NCBI GenBank assembly: GCA_000934665.2
Contig: JYFJ02000922.1
Location: forward strand, 62,001 to 100,517
Source of the DNA: Catajapyx aquilonaris
Taxonomy: Eukaryota
Length of the DNA: 38,517 bases
Direction of reading: 5' to 3'
This document shows, piece by piece, positions 1 to 13,783 of the stretch; positions within the stretch are counted from its first letter, which is position 1, and each line of letters starts with the position of its first letter. The notes under the pieces are model-generated. The model had not been told where the DNA came from, did not search any database, and saw only the letters and a list, made by a program, of their open reading frames with translations. A program made the translations under genes and the position numbers.

Positions 1-1125
1 TAAAACACGTCTACCTTCCGAGCTCTTCCGCTCCGATTCTGCTTTAATCTCCTTTCAGTACAGTGCAGTGGCAGGAGCACGGCCCATACAACATATTCCT
101 ATTTGACAAAGTATATACTATCATGACACCGTCCCAAGACCAAAGTTTTATACGTAGGCTGTCTTGGTGACATCTCATGTAAGTGAGAAAACAATATGTG
201 AAAAATCGTTGTCTAGTCAGCCAGATAATATAGGGACATTACCAAAATTGAATTATTGGAATATGTCAAACAATCGCCACACCTGTGCATTATGCGACAG
301 TAAGACTGCTCGCCATGCTGTTCAATATTGATGAGCGAATATGCTGTCGAAATAGTGTATTCATACACTTGGTCCTTTGCCTCCCCAGAAGTCTACTACA
401 TCACACTAGCATAGCAGCGCAGCAGTAATTTGAAAGCCAAGGGTAAAATCCTCCGCTGTTTATAAATGGTAATAAAAACAAGTCTCCAGGACGTGATATA
501 GGTCAGTTTGCCTGTGGGACACCAGAAACACGGCACGAACGGTGTACAGATACGGTGCAACCAGCTTGTTTTAATCACGGAGTTTTAAAAAAAGGCAGAG
601 AGGAGCGTGAGAGAATGTCCTTGCAGATTAATGGATGTTTTGGGACTTGACACGGATTGCGTCACGCACCCAACTTCCAAACAGACCTAATGTTTGATGC
701 ACATTAGTTGCTCTCAACGTGCACGCATGCATGGGTCACGACGCAAGGTACGTATGATTGTCATCACGACTAATAGCATTGGCGCTCGGTGTATTTCATC
801 CTGGCTTAGGTGACACTATGGCGATATCAGGGGGTTTCCGTTTCGAACGAGTCAACAACAAACGAAACGTGAAAATGGTTGGCGGAGACTCCTCTCATGC
901 TGTAGAGCGCATGTGCATTATTTTAGTGGTTTAGCTATGTGACTATAGTGCTAAGTTTGAACAGGTTAGGGAATGGTGTAGTTGTGGGCAGTTGTATCGA
1001 ATTTTTTGACATATTCGTTATAGAAATGACGAATCTGCCTCATTTTTAACTATATATACATATAAAATCATATAAGAATTAATCAAAAAAAAGGTCGCCG
1101 CAACGACGTATATATAGCTTACCGG

Positions 1126-1195
1126 TATCGCTCAAAGAGATGAAGACGATTTTGCATTTGGTTTCAATGCAAAATCTCAATCTTTTTGAGCGATA
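1126..1195. repeat. 70-bp imperfect hairpin
   Basis: TATCGCTCAAAGAGA..GATTTTGCATT / AATGCAAAATC..TCTTTTTGAGCGATA. Confidence 0.65.
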
Positions 1196-4100
1196 GTACA
1201 TTTCTTATTTTTCCTGAGCCTCTCAAGCACAAGGTGGGCTTACATTTTTCCCAGTGTTACAGAAAACACGCAGCAATACTGCAATATATTTTTGAAGCAA
1301 GCTCAGCCGTCCTTTTTTCAAAAAAAAATAGTCCATGAGCACTACGTTTGATCCTTTTGGGAGCAGCAATCCCATTGAAAATCAGTCTACCTCTAGCAAA
1401 TACGATATCCTGCAATACTGACGCACCATCGTCCTCCACGGTATCCGAAAAGTTGCGGACCGCCTCAGTTCGTCCTACACATCGGATTAAACTTGAGACC
1501 CGCATACAGGTCGCTCTGAAGCTCTTCAAAAAAATAATAAATAAGGAATGAAATCCGTCCCAAGGATTACGCCGACGAGGTTATGAATATTTGCAGCCCC
1601 GGTGAGATTCGCCAGCTCATCTTTTAAGTGGGAATAAATTCAAGTGGCGCTTCTGATACTTAACCTTTAAAACCTGGAGCTATAAGAAGCCGAGAACGAA
1701 GCGGATAGCTCCCTCGTCGGCAGTCAATCACCCAAATGAATGAAAGAAAAGGATCGTCTTGGACTTCTCCTTTGCGAATGGGGAGAAAGGAACACTAATA
1801 TGCTTTAAAACCTCCTCGGTCCTGAAAAAAAAACTTTCATAGTAATGAAATGGTGGGTGGCAACCATGGCAAAGGCGAAGAAGGAGCGAAAAAACTCACA
1901 GGACTATACGCCACAATGCGGAGCTTCGCGAATCTTATCAAATAGACCCTGTATTTTTTTTTCTTTCCTTGCCCTGAATTCATCCTTTAATGCCGGAGAG
2001 CAAACACGTAAAGGAACCCTCCACCAAAAAAAAACTGCATCCTGGGAGAAAACAGCCGTTGCATTTCGCACAAGAATCAATATTTTCTACCCGGTAATCA
2101 AATTTATTGTTTGGGGCGGAGTGCAATAAGCATTTTTTGAGGTACTTATGTGACGTAACATAAAAACCTCTCTACGACCCAATTTCGGGCAGTCCAACTT
2201 GTTGAACACTTTTGACTTAATGATGCTTCAGATAATATGCAACAATTTTAACGACCCCATTACTGTCTTAATTAGGCAAAAATTACGAGCTGTTCTTAGT
2301 GACTCACATGCCGAAAACACAGGTTTCAAACACCTCTCCTGAAATCACAACAGTTATTGAAAAAGAGGCCCCCCCGTTAGAGTGGGTTTTAAGATCCACT
2401 TACGCATTTGACAGCCCCCAAGTAGAATGAAGTGAACGGGCCTACCCATAAGCAGATGATAATTATATCTGAATGCTGTGAGAAGGGTTTTAAAAATACT
2501 GTACCTCTGCAATCTGTAGAAAAACTTTTTCCGCAATCTTTCTCACTTTCCATCCGCAAGGAAGGGTTTAATATTATTTGGTAATTGAGCAACTCATTTA
2601 ACTATTATCTGGGTCACACAAGTGAATAACTACTCGACAGTCAAGTGACACGGTTAGCATGTTGTGACAATGGCAAAGGAAATATTTTGTTTCAAGTGAT
2701 ATGTAACTCAAGTAAGTTAAGAGATAATATACGTGATGTGGTAATGACGGACTCTATATGCAGCAAAGAAAAGTGTGAAATAAACTTACAGTGTCTCATA
2801 GCTTCCTCAGCAGGGCTTATAGTCCATCTTCGAGCCTTTCAATTTTCATGGTGTTTTACATGGTGTAATAGGCTGATTAATCAGAAGTGTGATGGGTCAT
2901 GTGTCATAAAATAATAGTAGTTCTCCTAAATTAGAGAAGTTATGTTCCTGACACTGTTCCAGCTGAAATTTATTGTAGACTAATGTATAGGCCTACAGTA
3001 TCTTAGTGGTCTATTAAGTTATCTGGCAAAAAAATGTTCATGTGACTTAGATAATAAAAATCCCTATCCTCCCTTTGCAGTTCTACATGAATCATGAAAT
3101 TTAAAACTGTTCATTGCATAAGAAACCAGTTGTGGAGCAGTGATATTGAAAAATACGTATTGGGGTAGGAAATACCTTTCATTTTTCATGAAAAGAGATG
3201 AAAACACTTTGTTTACTTTGTTACAAATTGTGGATAGTTATAGAATGGCAACAACCTTTGTGTAAGGCTAAGACATACCTGGCCATAAAGTGTACACGGC
3301 CGTGACTCACATATTTTATATTTGAATAGAATAAAAGACACTATAATAAATCATTAACTATGAATGTATTAGCCACACACTATTCAAGCTCTTTCAAAAT
3401 TGGTGGAATTTTTAAAATTACAAAATTCCAGTACCCTTAGACCTATTATATTTTTAAACAGCCACGAGGTAATTCAGTAACATTGTCCAATAAGGCTGTA
3501 AGGCTTGCATTTCCCAGTATTATGCCCAGTAATTACCAATGCACAATAGCATATATTATACAGACGTATCACGTTAACATCTACAGGAGCACCATAATCC
3601 CAAATAATATTTAATTTTAAAGCTGGTCCTTTTCCTACTTACTGTAGAATCCCTCTGAGTTTCAATTTCCGGCCTAACATAGGCATGTGGTATGTGTTTT
3701 TTTATGAAGAAAAAAAAGCGGATATGAAAATCACGGGATGTGCACTTGTTCCAGGGCAGCCTCAGCCATCTACGTATATTGACAAGTGGGGGCCGCAGTA
3801 TGCGTTTGCATTTGTATTCGGAAGACCTGGTCACTGGCATTTGCATAGTTTTAATCGGAACCACAGCGAGAGAGTAATTTTTTGACGCGTTTGAAGTGGT
3901 AGTGATACGCCGCCGCCAAAAAAATGCACACGATGTTTGTCACGCAGCACGTCAAAATTTTAAGATATTCCCTTGGAAACACACAATATATGGCCTATAT
4001 CCCTACAAAATCATAAAGTCCAATATCATAGTGACCAACACCCCTGCGGGTAATCCGTGTAAAAGCATGATTTAATTAAAAATTAGTGTACATATGTTAA

Positions 4101-7100
4101 GCTGAATAATGTGCGAATCTCAAAATATATACGACGTATTTAGAAAAGGTACTCATACGACTAGAGCGTTGAGTTTATTATAACTTAATGTTCGTAATAA
4201 TTAGAGCTATACAATATTATTTTATTATCAAGCAGATTCAGCATGGTGCGCAATGGATTTGATAAATTTTTCATGGAAAAATTATTTGTCTTATTTTAAA
4301 TTCCCTGATTAGAAAGTCGAGCAATCCTCACAATAAGCATCATTTGAATCCAGATGCAAAATCTGGGATTGGATCGTTTCTGTTCTAGTCCTCTCCGTTG
4401 CTTAGGAGATTAACATCCAATGGTGCATGGATAAAAGAACTTCTTTTCCTGCTTCATTTTCTTTCGCTCACAGGTAGGAAATTAAGGGACGTGCATGGCA
4501 ACTTTCTCATCTGCATATCCGCTGCTGCTTCCGCTCTCCTTTTTAAACACCCTCTGGAGCAAGCAAAAGTAGAGTACAGCAGCAGCAATTTTCCTCCTGC
4601 TGCAGCACCAGGAATGGGACCCATTTTTATTAAAGCCTGCTGGGTAATCACGATTATGAAAGCTCTAACGTCGTAAGTGTATAATTTTGTGTATAATAAT
4701 CACCACACACATTGCCGCCCTGCAGAGGCGCTTTGTTTCTGGGAATTAAACGGCCTTTGTGCGTATTTGGTTATAACATTTGATTGTTACATAGAGTGTG
4801 GAAAGCTTCGAGTGCGTTGTATTTTTCTCGGTCCTGGTATGTAGGCCTACTGTACTCTGAGAGTTGTGATGTGCAAAAGGGCGTATGTAGAATTTTGTCA
4901 TGGGAGTGTTGAAGCTGCTCTCTAACTCAGTCTGAGGTAATTTTTTTTCTCTTAAAAGTGTGGAGCAGTAACATAGCATGCTGTGCATAACTCGTGGAGA
5001 TCCAACAGAAACAAAATTAGGTCTGCATACATTATACGCACATTTGTAGATAGAAGACTTTCCGCATGTGCATGAGAGCCGTGGTTTAGGGTCCATTCTA
5101 TTTTAGCGCACTCGTGAATGAAAATGAAAGCCTGTAGTTCTGCGCATATGCTCATTTATGCAACATGTCCTCATCTGAATATGTGCTTCACAGCAAACAT
5201 AGCATCGCTTACAACCTCATAAAGTGTGATGCATGGAAAGTGTATGCCTGTGGTTAGATTCACTGCTACTTATGCTGTGGCTTATTGTAACACAGGGTTT
5301 ATTCCCAGTCCGACCAGAAATTTTCAGACTGAATGTGACTAGGAGTTTGTAACACTATGCTGTAACACGTTCCTTCCTTTTCCGGTCCTTCTATAATCTG
5401 AGGTCGTTTGGAAGCACAGTAACAGTGTATTCTGATCCACATCCGGCCCTTATTCCGCGATTAGCTTACAGTATATGTGGGCTATTTGGATGCGGGCGCC
5501 ACTGCTTGCAAGGCTGGAGTCTCTGCCACTTAATGCCAACAGGTGAATTCCTACTTCCATAGTATTATAGCCTGTGTTCCGGCTCTTGCTTGCTGCCAAT
5601 TCGACTGCTATATATTCATATCGGGAACTCATGGGATGAAGGAAACAAACTAATTTCGCACTTCTGGAATACGTAATTGACTCAAGTGCAGCTTCCAGTA
5701 GTATACTAAAGCCATTTTCGTCGGGACCTCCAGCCGATTGAAACATTGCTATTGCGGGGATTGTATTAAGGAAAGATTTTTAGTCCGTGGCGCCCAATCG
5801 CCATCACACTCAAAAGTGGAAGGAAGGCAATTTAGCTGAAGCACTTTTTGGAAAGGATATAAGCCTGCTCAAATATGTTGTAAAAAAATAATAACAATTT
5901 CAGAAAATTAATTCTGACGCAGCCTACATTAACTTACATTCATGTCCACTGAAGATGTTACAGAATTTAATATGTATAAGTATGTGGCCTTGATAGCAAT
6001 GCCTAATTTTACAAGTTGCTTCACTGTGTAAGTACCCGGAATCTTTGACAAGTTAATGTCACAACCTGTAGGATGTTTCTCTTTAAACTGGTTGCTGAAC
6101 TAACTAATGCATAACTCCTCTTCAAATGTGGACTTAAGCAGTGCAGCACCATGTAGGTGGCTGAACTCATGTTTCACATTTGCGCAGGTTCACTTATTCA
6201 TCGGTAAAATTGTTTTCTCTTACCAATTTGCGCTTAATTTTAGTACTCTGTAAAAAATCGTTTAATAGTTAATTATTTTCCTCATTTGTCTCGTGGCCGT
6301 TACTCGAGTTATTTTTGCCATAATAACTTCCTCCTCCACAAGCTACTCTGCTGTCTGTTATTTGGAAACCCGCTGAACATTCTAGAGCCAATTAACGCCG
6401 CGTGAAAGCCAGATGTTGTGAGGGCATATGCTATGAGTACAGGAACGGTATTAATTCCAAAAATATTTTCAGCAGGTTTGAGCCAGACTGAGTTCCCATA
6501 GCAAAGCTATCGCATCGGAAACTAATGACTATTTATTACCACAGCCAACGATGTCGTACTGTAGCAATTACATTCAAAGCAACAATCTGCAATTGTATTA
6601 CAAAAAGGTGTATTTCAAATGTCAATAGTACTGTGCCTTTGACGCATCCGGCCTTTTTCTGGCATTTAAGTTGTACTTAAAACGAATGTTTTTCACGACT
6701 GATCAGATATTCAAATAAATGTGTGATATTACAGTGAGTTACCACGAGACGAGAGAGGTCAGCATTTCTTATTTAAAAGGGGCTGGTGCACTTTAGAGGA
6801 AAACTGATGAAATAATGTAAGTTATCCCTCAAATAAATACTTGACACATTGTGAAAGTAGGCCTTCGGGATATTTAGTCGGCACCAGAACACCTAAGCAT
6901 CATGATTAACTAAAAGAAAGCAGGCTTGCTGGCCTATCGTCCGGTGAAGAGTCCCACATCCCCTTCTATTCAGTCTTCATTCAGTCTCGTGTTTTATTCT
7001 CCCCAGTCACGCGTTCTGAGAAGAGGCTTAGCCGCTGTGGAGCACGAACAAGTCGAAAACGGAAGAGCGGTCTTGGTAAATGAGCCCGTTAAGACCTCTT

Positions 7101-7566
7101 CAAAGCTCCCTTTGTGATATTGGATCGCTCTGTTTTTGACTGCTTCCAAGGAGCTCCCAAAGCAAATGCTGCCATGTTTTCCTTTTTAGATCTCCCACCC
7201 TCTCTGACAGCTCCGATGTTTATTAACAGAGTCTCAATATTGATACGCCAGATTTGATTAATCTCTAGCAACTGTTTAATTTCCTTCGTCGTGCTCTTTT
7301 ACAAGCCCCCGATGGCAGTCAGGATTAGTTTTTATTACGTGCAGTAGACCATACATAAATTCAATAATGCACGCACTGAGTTCGGCAGCCCCATTTCCAC
7401 GGTCTCTTCTATTAGAAGCGTTCTGCCTGAAAAATCCCCTCCGGGCTGCCGAAATTAATATTCTTCGTCTACTAACGTCTGCGTTTATATTAGTTTTCAA
7501 CAGTGACGATACAGTATATTTTGTTGGCGTCACATCAACGGGTTACTTCCTTCCCTCGTCACCCTT

Positions 7567-7590
7567 TTCCTTCCTTCCTTCCTTCCTTCC
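7567..7590. repeat. (TTCC)6 microsatellite
   Basis: Direct reading. Confidence 0.9.
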
Positions 7591-10015
7591 TATCCCCCTC
7601 AGTCCCTCGTTTAATTCCCCAGCATAATATCTCCTCCGCAATCTCATTCACGCGGAAAGACAAACGGCACAAAGACATGGCGTAGGTTTCAATGAACTTT
7701 GGCGTCCTCCCGATCGACTATTCTCGCCCCATCTAGCGAAACCGGGTGGAATCATCCACAAATAATGCAACCCTCTTTCCCTACCTCGTTTGTCATCCGC
7801 CCAGACCCTCACATTTTGAGAATGGGAAAAGGGGGAGTCAGGGAAGATCACGACTTTCTAGGTAAATGCACAGACAAATGACTTTTGAAACACCCGGGCT
7901 CTTGGAGGAAGCCAGGGTAACTTAATCTTGATATTGCTCTCCGACTGATTTATCTCCTGTTATTACCCGCCACACTCCGGGGCTGCCCTCTGCTGGATTA
8001 GACGGCTTGCTTTCATATCAAATATGATGGTTTCGAGTCGTGAGACTCACTCACTGAAAAGGATTTCTCGGATTCCTGCCCGTGGCGAACTAATATGGTA
8101 TAGCCGACTTAGAGGATGCCATTTAACAGAGGCTTTGGTGGTCACAGGCCAAGGAAATTAGCCAGGGTTTATATGGCCTAATCCGGGCTCAGCATGTTCA
8201 CGACTTGTCAGTTTGGTATAAAGATTATGTTCAGCAAATAGATATTGACGCATCTTCGCTCATTCACGACGATTAGGTTGCAAAACACGGCGTTATCAAC
8301 TGGTTGCCCTGAATTCGACTAACTTGCGCGTATCTCCTAATTGGCTCGTCTCAGGCCTTGCCTTTCATGGTGTAATGCTTTCAGCAGATCACCGTGTTTC
8401 ATATATGTTACGTATGAAAACCTGCACTGAAGATCCTATCAGAGTCACATTGCACTGGAGTGATTGAGAGATATAGTGTTTGAAGTTTGAAGAGTGCATT
8501 ATAATTCCTTGCGAAATAAATTTTCTTCAGGGAGCTCTAACACGTATGTATCTAACAAAAAATACTCGCAATTAAAAGTTATGCGGGAAATCCCTATTTC
8601 ATTTGTGAGGGACCATTCTCTCCGCATTGCAAATATGCATAATTATATGTCGGGGAAAATCAAAACTGGGAATTTAACATAGTCACAGTTGGTTAAGTTT
8701 GGCAAATATAGTATAACCTATTACTGTCCGCTCAGTTTTGATTCAAGACCACTCAAGAATGGTCTTATTTTATAGGAATACTGTAAGCTGCGAGTATACT
8801 AGCTTCCTGGTCACAATAAAAGCCACAAGTAGGCCTATGAGATGTTTCAGTGTACTTTTACTGCACAAAGGTATACAGTATATGAGCCTAAACCAAAGGC
8901 CTATATATGACTCTCATGCTCTGTCTCAACACCACGATGTAGAATACGAAAGGAAAACAAGGATGACAATGTTTTTCCTGCAGGTTACAAGGTCGGTCAG
9001 TAAGGTGCGATTTTGATGAGCTCGTGGTGCACTGTTTATCCACCCAAAAAAACGCCATATTACGCGAGGGCAACCATACAGCGTGGTCTACTATGCCAAT
9101 ACCCTGTTCTCTATTTGCTTCATGCTGCTGAAAGGTATACACTAAAACGAGATTTTACTACAAATTCTACACGAGAACCTCCGCCTGCCTTTTAAAAAAC
9201 CTGCCATGTGTCATATAAATATTTATCCAAAAATCGTGTACATTCCGTGATATCCATATTAATAGTATGCCCATGGCCAATGTTTAAATAATTTCGGAAT
9301 TAATTACCTAACAATAAAACCATTATAAATTATATCAAGTCAAACATTTCAATCGTAATGTACATACGTACTACATATAGCAGTACAGTATACAGAAGTG
9401 CACGCAGTTGCCGACTACATTGCTGTTCACCTTGGTACCATCACTATAATTATACCTACATGATAGTATGTTTCAATTTGATCTAGTTTGGATTGACGTT
9501 ACCTTTGTTGCCATTGTTACTGTCACATGCTTAGTACCGGTAATGACAATATTGGTCACAGAAATCTGAACTTTAAAAAACCTAACCGTGTACTTGGAAT
9601 ACTTGTGATGCCACTTGTAGTAGGCTATATCACCGACACACCATAGTACCCGCTCAGTTTAGAAGCGCACACATTGCGGCACAATGATATCTAATATCAC
9701 GTAGTATCACGTAACTCACTCCAGTCACTCGTCTCAGATTACCGTCGCATTGCGCTGTTTTTTCTGGAGTCATCATGGATCCTCCCTCTCCCTCTCCTCC
9801 CCCATCTCTGGAAGCATCTTTTAGAGATGAGCGTGTTCGATTCTTTGGTCAAGCATACAAAATAGAAAGAATGTGTGTACACCGTACAGTACAGTACACG
9901 TACAATATCATTTCATCCATCTTGCATTTATCCGTGCTATTCCCTACACACTCCCTGAACCCATCAAAGCACCATCCAGGCGGTCGTACACTCTCTTTTT
10001 TACATGACTTATGTA

Positions 10016-10022
10016 AATAATA

Positions 10023-10102
<80 letters not shown>
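10016..10102. repeat. (AAT)n microsatellite, interrupted
   Basis: Direct reading; about 29 units with tgg/tga interruptions. Confidence 0.97.
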
Positions 10103-10103
<1 letters not shown>

Positions 10104-12055
10104 GTATACATCACAATATTGTCTAGCTTTATTCATTGTCACAATTTCATGCGTCAATATTAGGATGTATGTTAATTCCTTAGAACTGAAAAAATCAGTT
10201 ACTCTACGATTATCTAAGGCGCTAAAACTATATTGTGGAGCAGTGCATTTTTTCGTCAAAAGGAAGTGAAAAGGTTTGTCGCCAGCTATAGCTATATTAT
10301 AGCCCTTTCTCAATTCGGATCCCTTATCGGACGGCTGGCTCGCACTTCCTGGGGCGATTTGTGAAACTAGACAATCCTTTCCATCAGGAATAATCCTTTC
10401 CACGTGTTTCCTGGAGCCTAGAAGTCAATACAAGGTCATTCCAAGCTCTGGCGGCACCTATATATTGGGGGCGAGAACCCTCCTCATCCAGTTCATCTGC
10501 TCTAATGTGTTTGCTATGTACAAAGACGATATGTGCGAAAGTGATGCGAATCACTGGCCAGTATATAATATTTGTTGTCCGCAACATGCAGATTATGTAC
10601 TTCAGAGAGCTTTTTTTACGGTTTGTTGCTTGAATATAATTGACAATCAACGGGCCAACAAAGCGCTACATTACGTCAAAAAAGTGCCTGGTTTTATTGG
10701 TCAAAATTAGATTTTCTTGGTGAACTTTGGTGCAGATGAAGCGGCACGTGTTTCGCCCCCACACACAGGGGAAAAAACGTGCATATGTTCGTAAAGGCTT
10801 CTAAACTATCTAAAGGTCACGGTACGGAAGACCAACAAACATGTCATGCGTCCAGTCGTACCCGATGAATCTTTCTCCAAGTTCTCGAGGCGTTGAAGAG
10901 TTAACTAGTCAAAGTTTAAGAAAACTACCAGTTTAATGGACGGAGATAGGGAAAGAGCTGACCACGTGACGGGTGCCAACAGAAAAGTGCCTCCCATCTT
11001 GCTCCCATTGGGAACAGTGCCAATTCAGATACTGCCACTCCGCTGATTAACTTCTTGTTAGCGTTTAAGAAGGTTGAGGGCACTTTTTTTTTAAATCTAA
11101 GGAGTTACACCACGACTGATGGGCTTTCTACGATACGAATGTAACCTTAATTATGAAACACACGGTATATCAGCATAATTATGTTTGGGTGTGGAGTGGT
11201 GAAATATGGAGTTTCCTACAAGTACCAAGTATGAACACTATACAGTATACCGGTACTACTTAAGGACTATGGCTGCCCACCACCACAGGAGCTTGAATAT
11301 GCGTACCGAGCCGGTAGACCACAAATTATTGGACAAGGCAGAGTGTGGTTGTATTGCAGCACACGCAGTGCGAGCCATTATACGGAATAGGAATTTGATC
11401 CAAAGAGGATACAGTTAAATGGATATGCAAGTAATATCATGAACATGTATTATGCCGTGTAGGTGGTGAATGTGGGAAGGCCATGTCAAAAATTAATTAA
11501 TCCCTCATATATAGGTATCACAATGTACTCATAAACGGCATAATCAATTTCAACATTGGCTTAACTACTACATTATCACACATGCACAGTATTGTTTGTT
11601 GTAGTGAGTGATTGTACAATCACCGAACATGCGACTGTAGAGATACCTTTTATGAATGTGGTGAATTGGCGCATTCACGATTTCAACCCGTCTTTTTTCT
11701 TGGCAATAAAGGCCACAGAAAGATGAAATTTTCAACAATAGAGAATGGATATTATTTCGCTATCTACTGTGCATGGTCCCATCCAGTGCCTTAAATTAAT
11801 TTACTAGTCATCATCCCCAACTCTTCAGAACATGTCTATTTGCCTGCTACCTCTGCTGAGTGTCATTTAATATTAAATGCTACATAATAATGAGAGAACA
11901 GGTAAAACAATGAAAAGTGCGTTAGTAGAAACGTGCGGTAAGAGGCAACTAGAGAATCGGGTTGTAACTTGTAGCCCATGGGCGCCGTTTGGGTTTGGCA
12001 CTTAAGCCTCTTGACAGCCTCGGCACACCGCAACTCTTGGGGCACAAATTAGCNA

Positions 12056-12210
12056 ATGAATCAGTACTTGCATCAGTGAATCAATCTCTGAATCAGTGAA
12101 TCACCACCAGACTCAAAGAATCTCCCTCTGAATCAGTGAATCACTCGTTGAATCTGTGAATCACCATCTGAATCAATGAATCAGTGTTGAATCAGGCGAT
12201 TCATTGAATC
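12056..12210. repeat. Degenerate TGAATC(AG) minisatellite adjacent to an N at 12054
   Basis: Repeated TGAATC cores at roughly 8-10-bp spacing starting immediately after the only ambiguous base. Confidence 0.85.
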
Positions 12211-13650
12211 TCGTACAAAAAATCTTCGAATGGCGGACCCCTCGCAAATTAGCTAACCGCTGATAAATCGTCACACTCCTCGCCGACAACTTCCGGAGCG
12301 CCAAAAGAAAACCCTCCTTTACTGTACTACCCCACCAAAAAAGAGGCCTTACAGTATCTTGACACTTGCACCAATATTCAGACTGGAGATTGCCACAACC
12401 TCAATTCTAACAAAGGGAGGGAAAATGGCTTCACCTTCCCTCCCACCAACTTTGTTACCTCCAGGAACGCCTGTCTCTCTAAATGGGCTTTGCGTGGAGG
12501 TTAGGACCTTTCATCACTTTTGTGGTTAAAAGAGGCACTTTGGGCCGAATTCCTGGGTCGCCTTAGCGTCCACGCCGCAACTTATATATGTCTCGACTGC
12601 TACCTCTCACTTGGAGCTTGTTGTGGTTTGCAGGCTGTATTCGAGGCCTGTCTCCTAGATACAGTATCGACAGTACAACAAGATTAGCATTTCAGGAGGT
12701 TGTGATTCAAGCGTGACCTCAACCAGACCTCAACGGTAAAATAAATGGTATTGTTCACTGATTTACATGATCATGTAAATAAATTCAAAGAAAATACATT
12801 ACCAGTCGAATGCAGGAAACAATAACTAACAAAAAAAATACGGTATTCTCAAAAATATCAAATTCGTCGCCTAGCTGGGCCATATTCCAGCCTTCTTTCA
12901 TACGTATAATCAAGGTATAATACAGCAGTAGGCTATCATATAAGTCTAGGCCTACACCTCAGCGTATGAAATTCACGCATATAATAGGTTATACGTCTTC
13001 ACGGGTAGGCATGCTGACATGAGTATATACTGTTGTGAACATCGAGGAAGAGAGATATACAGTATAATATTTCCATTGACTTTCCTGTTTAAGAGGGCTA
13101 GTGACTTCATCTGACCATTCTGTAAAAGGATGCAATCAGTGCTCCTTTCAAGGTACTTTTTAATTCTTAGTAATATGACCATGAAGGCCAAACTAGCAGT
13201 CTCTCCGGACACCCTCCTTGCCAAAGGGTTGCCTGTCAAACCTCAAATTTGGAACCGGTTGTGTGTACCACGCTAACTTGGTTGATAATGAAGTTGACAC
13301 TTCCCCACAGGGTTAGTCCCTCAACGAGGGTAAAACAATTATTAATATTATTGTCACGGATAACCAGATTTGGCTACAAGCTACCCTCCTGGGCACATTC
13401 CTGGATTTGCCCCGTAAAAAATGTATACCTCCTTATGTAATCACATTACAATACTGTATAATTATGGTCATGTTATTATAGGCTATGCAAGGATGTTTGT
13501 ATAATATTATTACTATATGTTTAGTAAGAAAATTGACCCACATATCTCATGAGCGAGTAGTGCTTTCAAAGTAATATTTTACGTCGTACTATATACCATA
13601 TATTAAGTTCAACAAGCTTGAACTAAACGCCTCTCTTTTTTCTCCGACAG

Positions 13651-13783
13651 TGATGACAGTGGCAGTGGAAGCGGTGGCAGGACGTCGAGTAGAACTGCCG
13701 TGCAACATACGACCTTCCAGCAGAGAGGACGCCGTCTACATGGTCCTATGGTTCAGGGACGCAGCTGGAAAGCCCATGTACAG
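13651..13783 (+). CDS. Side-like exon: Ig1 (V-set) N-half, (V)MTVAVEAVAGRRVELPCNIRPSSREDAVYMVLWFRDAAGKPMYS
   Basis: Acceptor ctctcttttttctccgacag; donor AG|gtaatc; phase 1 in, phase 2 out. Confidence 0.92.

Noticed and set aside
9849..10403. 184-aa minus ORF with poly-Tyr
   Set aside because: Artefact of the (AAT)n microsatellite; no splice or motif support
12056..12210. CRISPR-like array
   Set aside because: Units are 8-10 bp with no unique spacers; eukaryotic context, no cas genes
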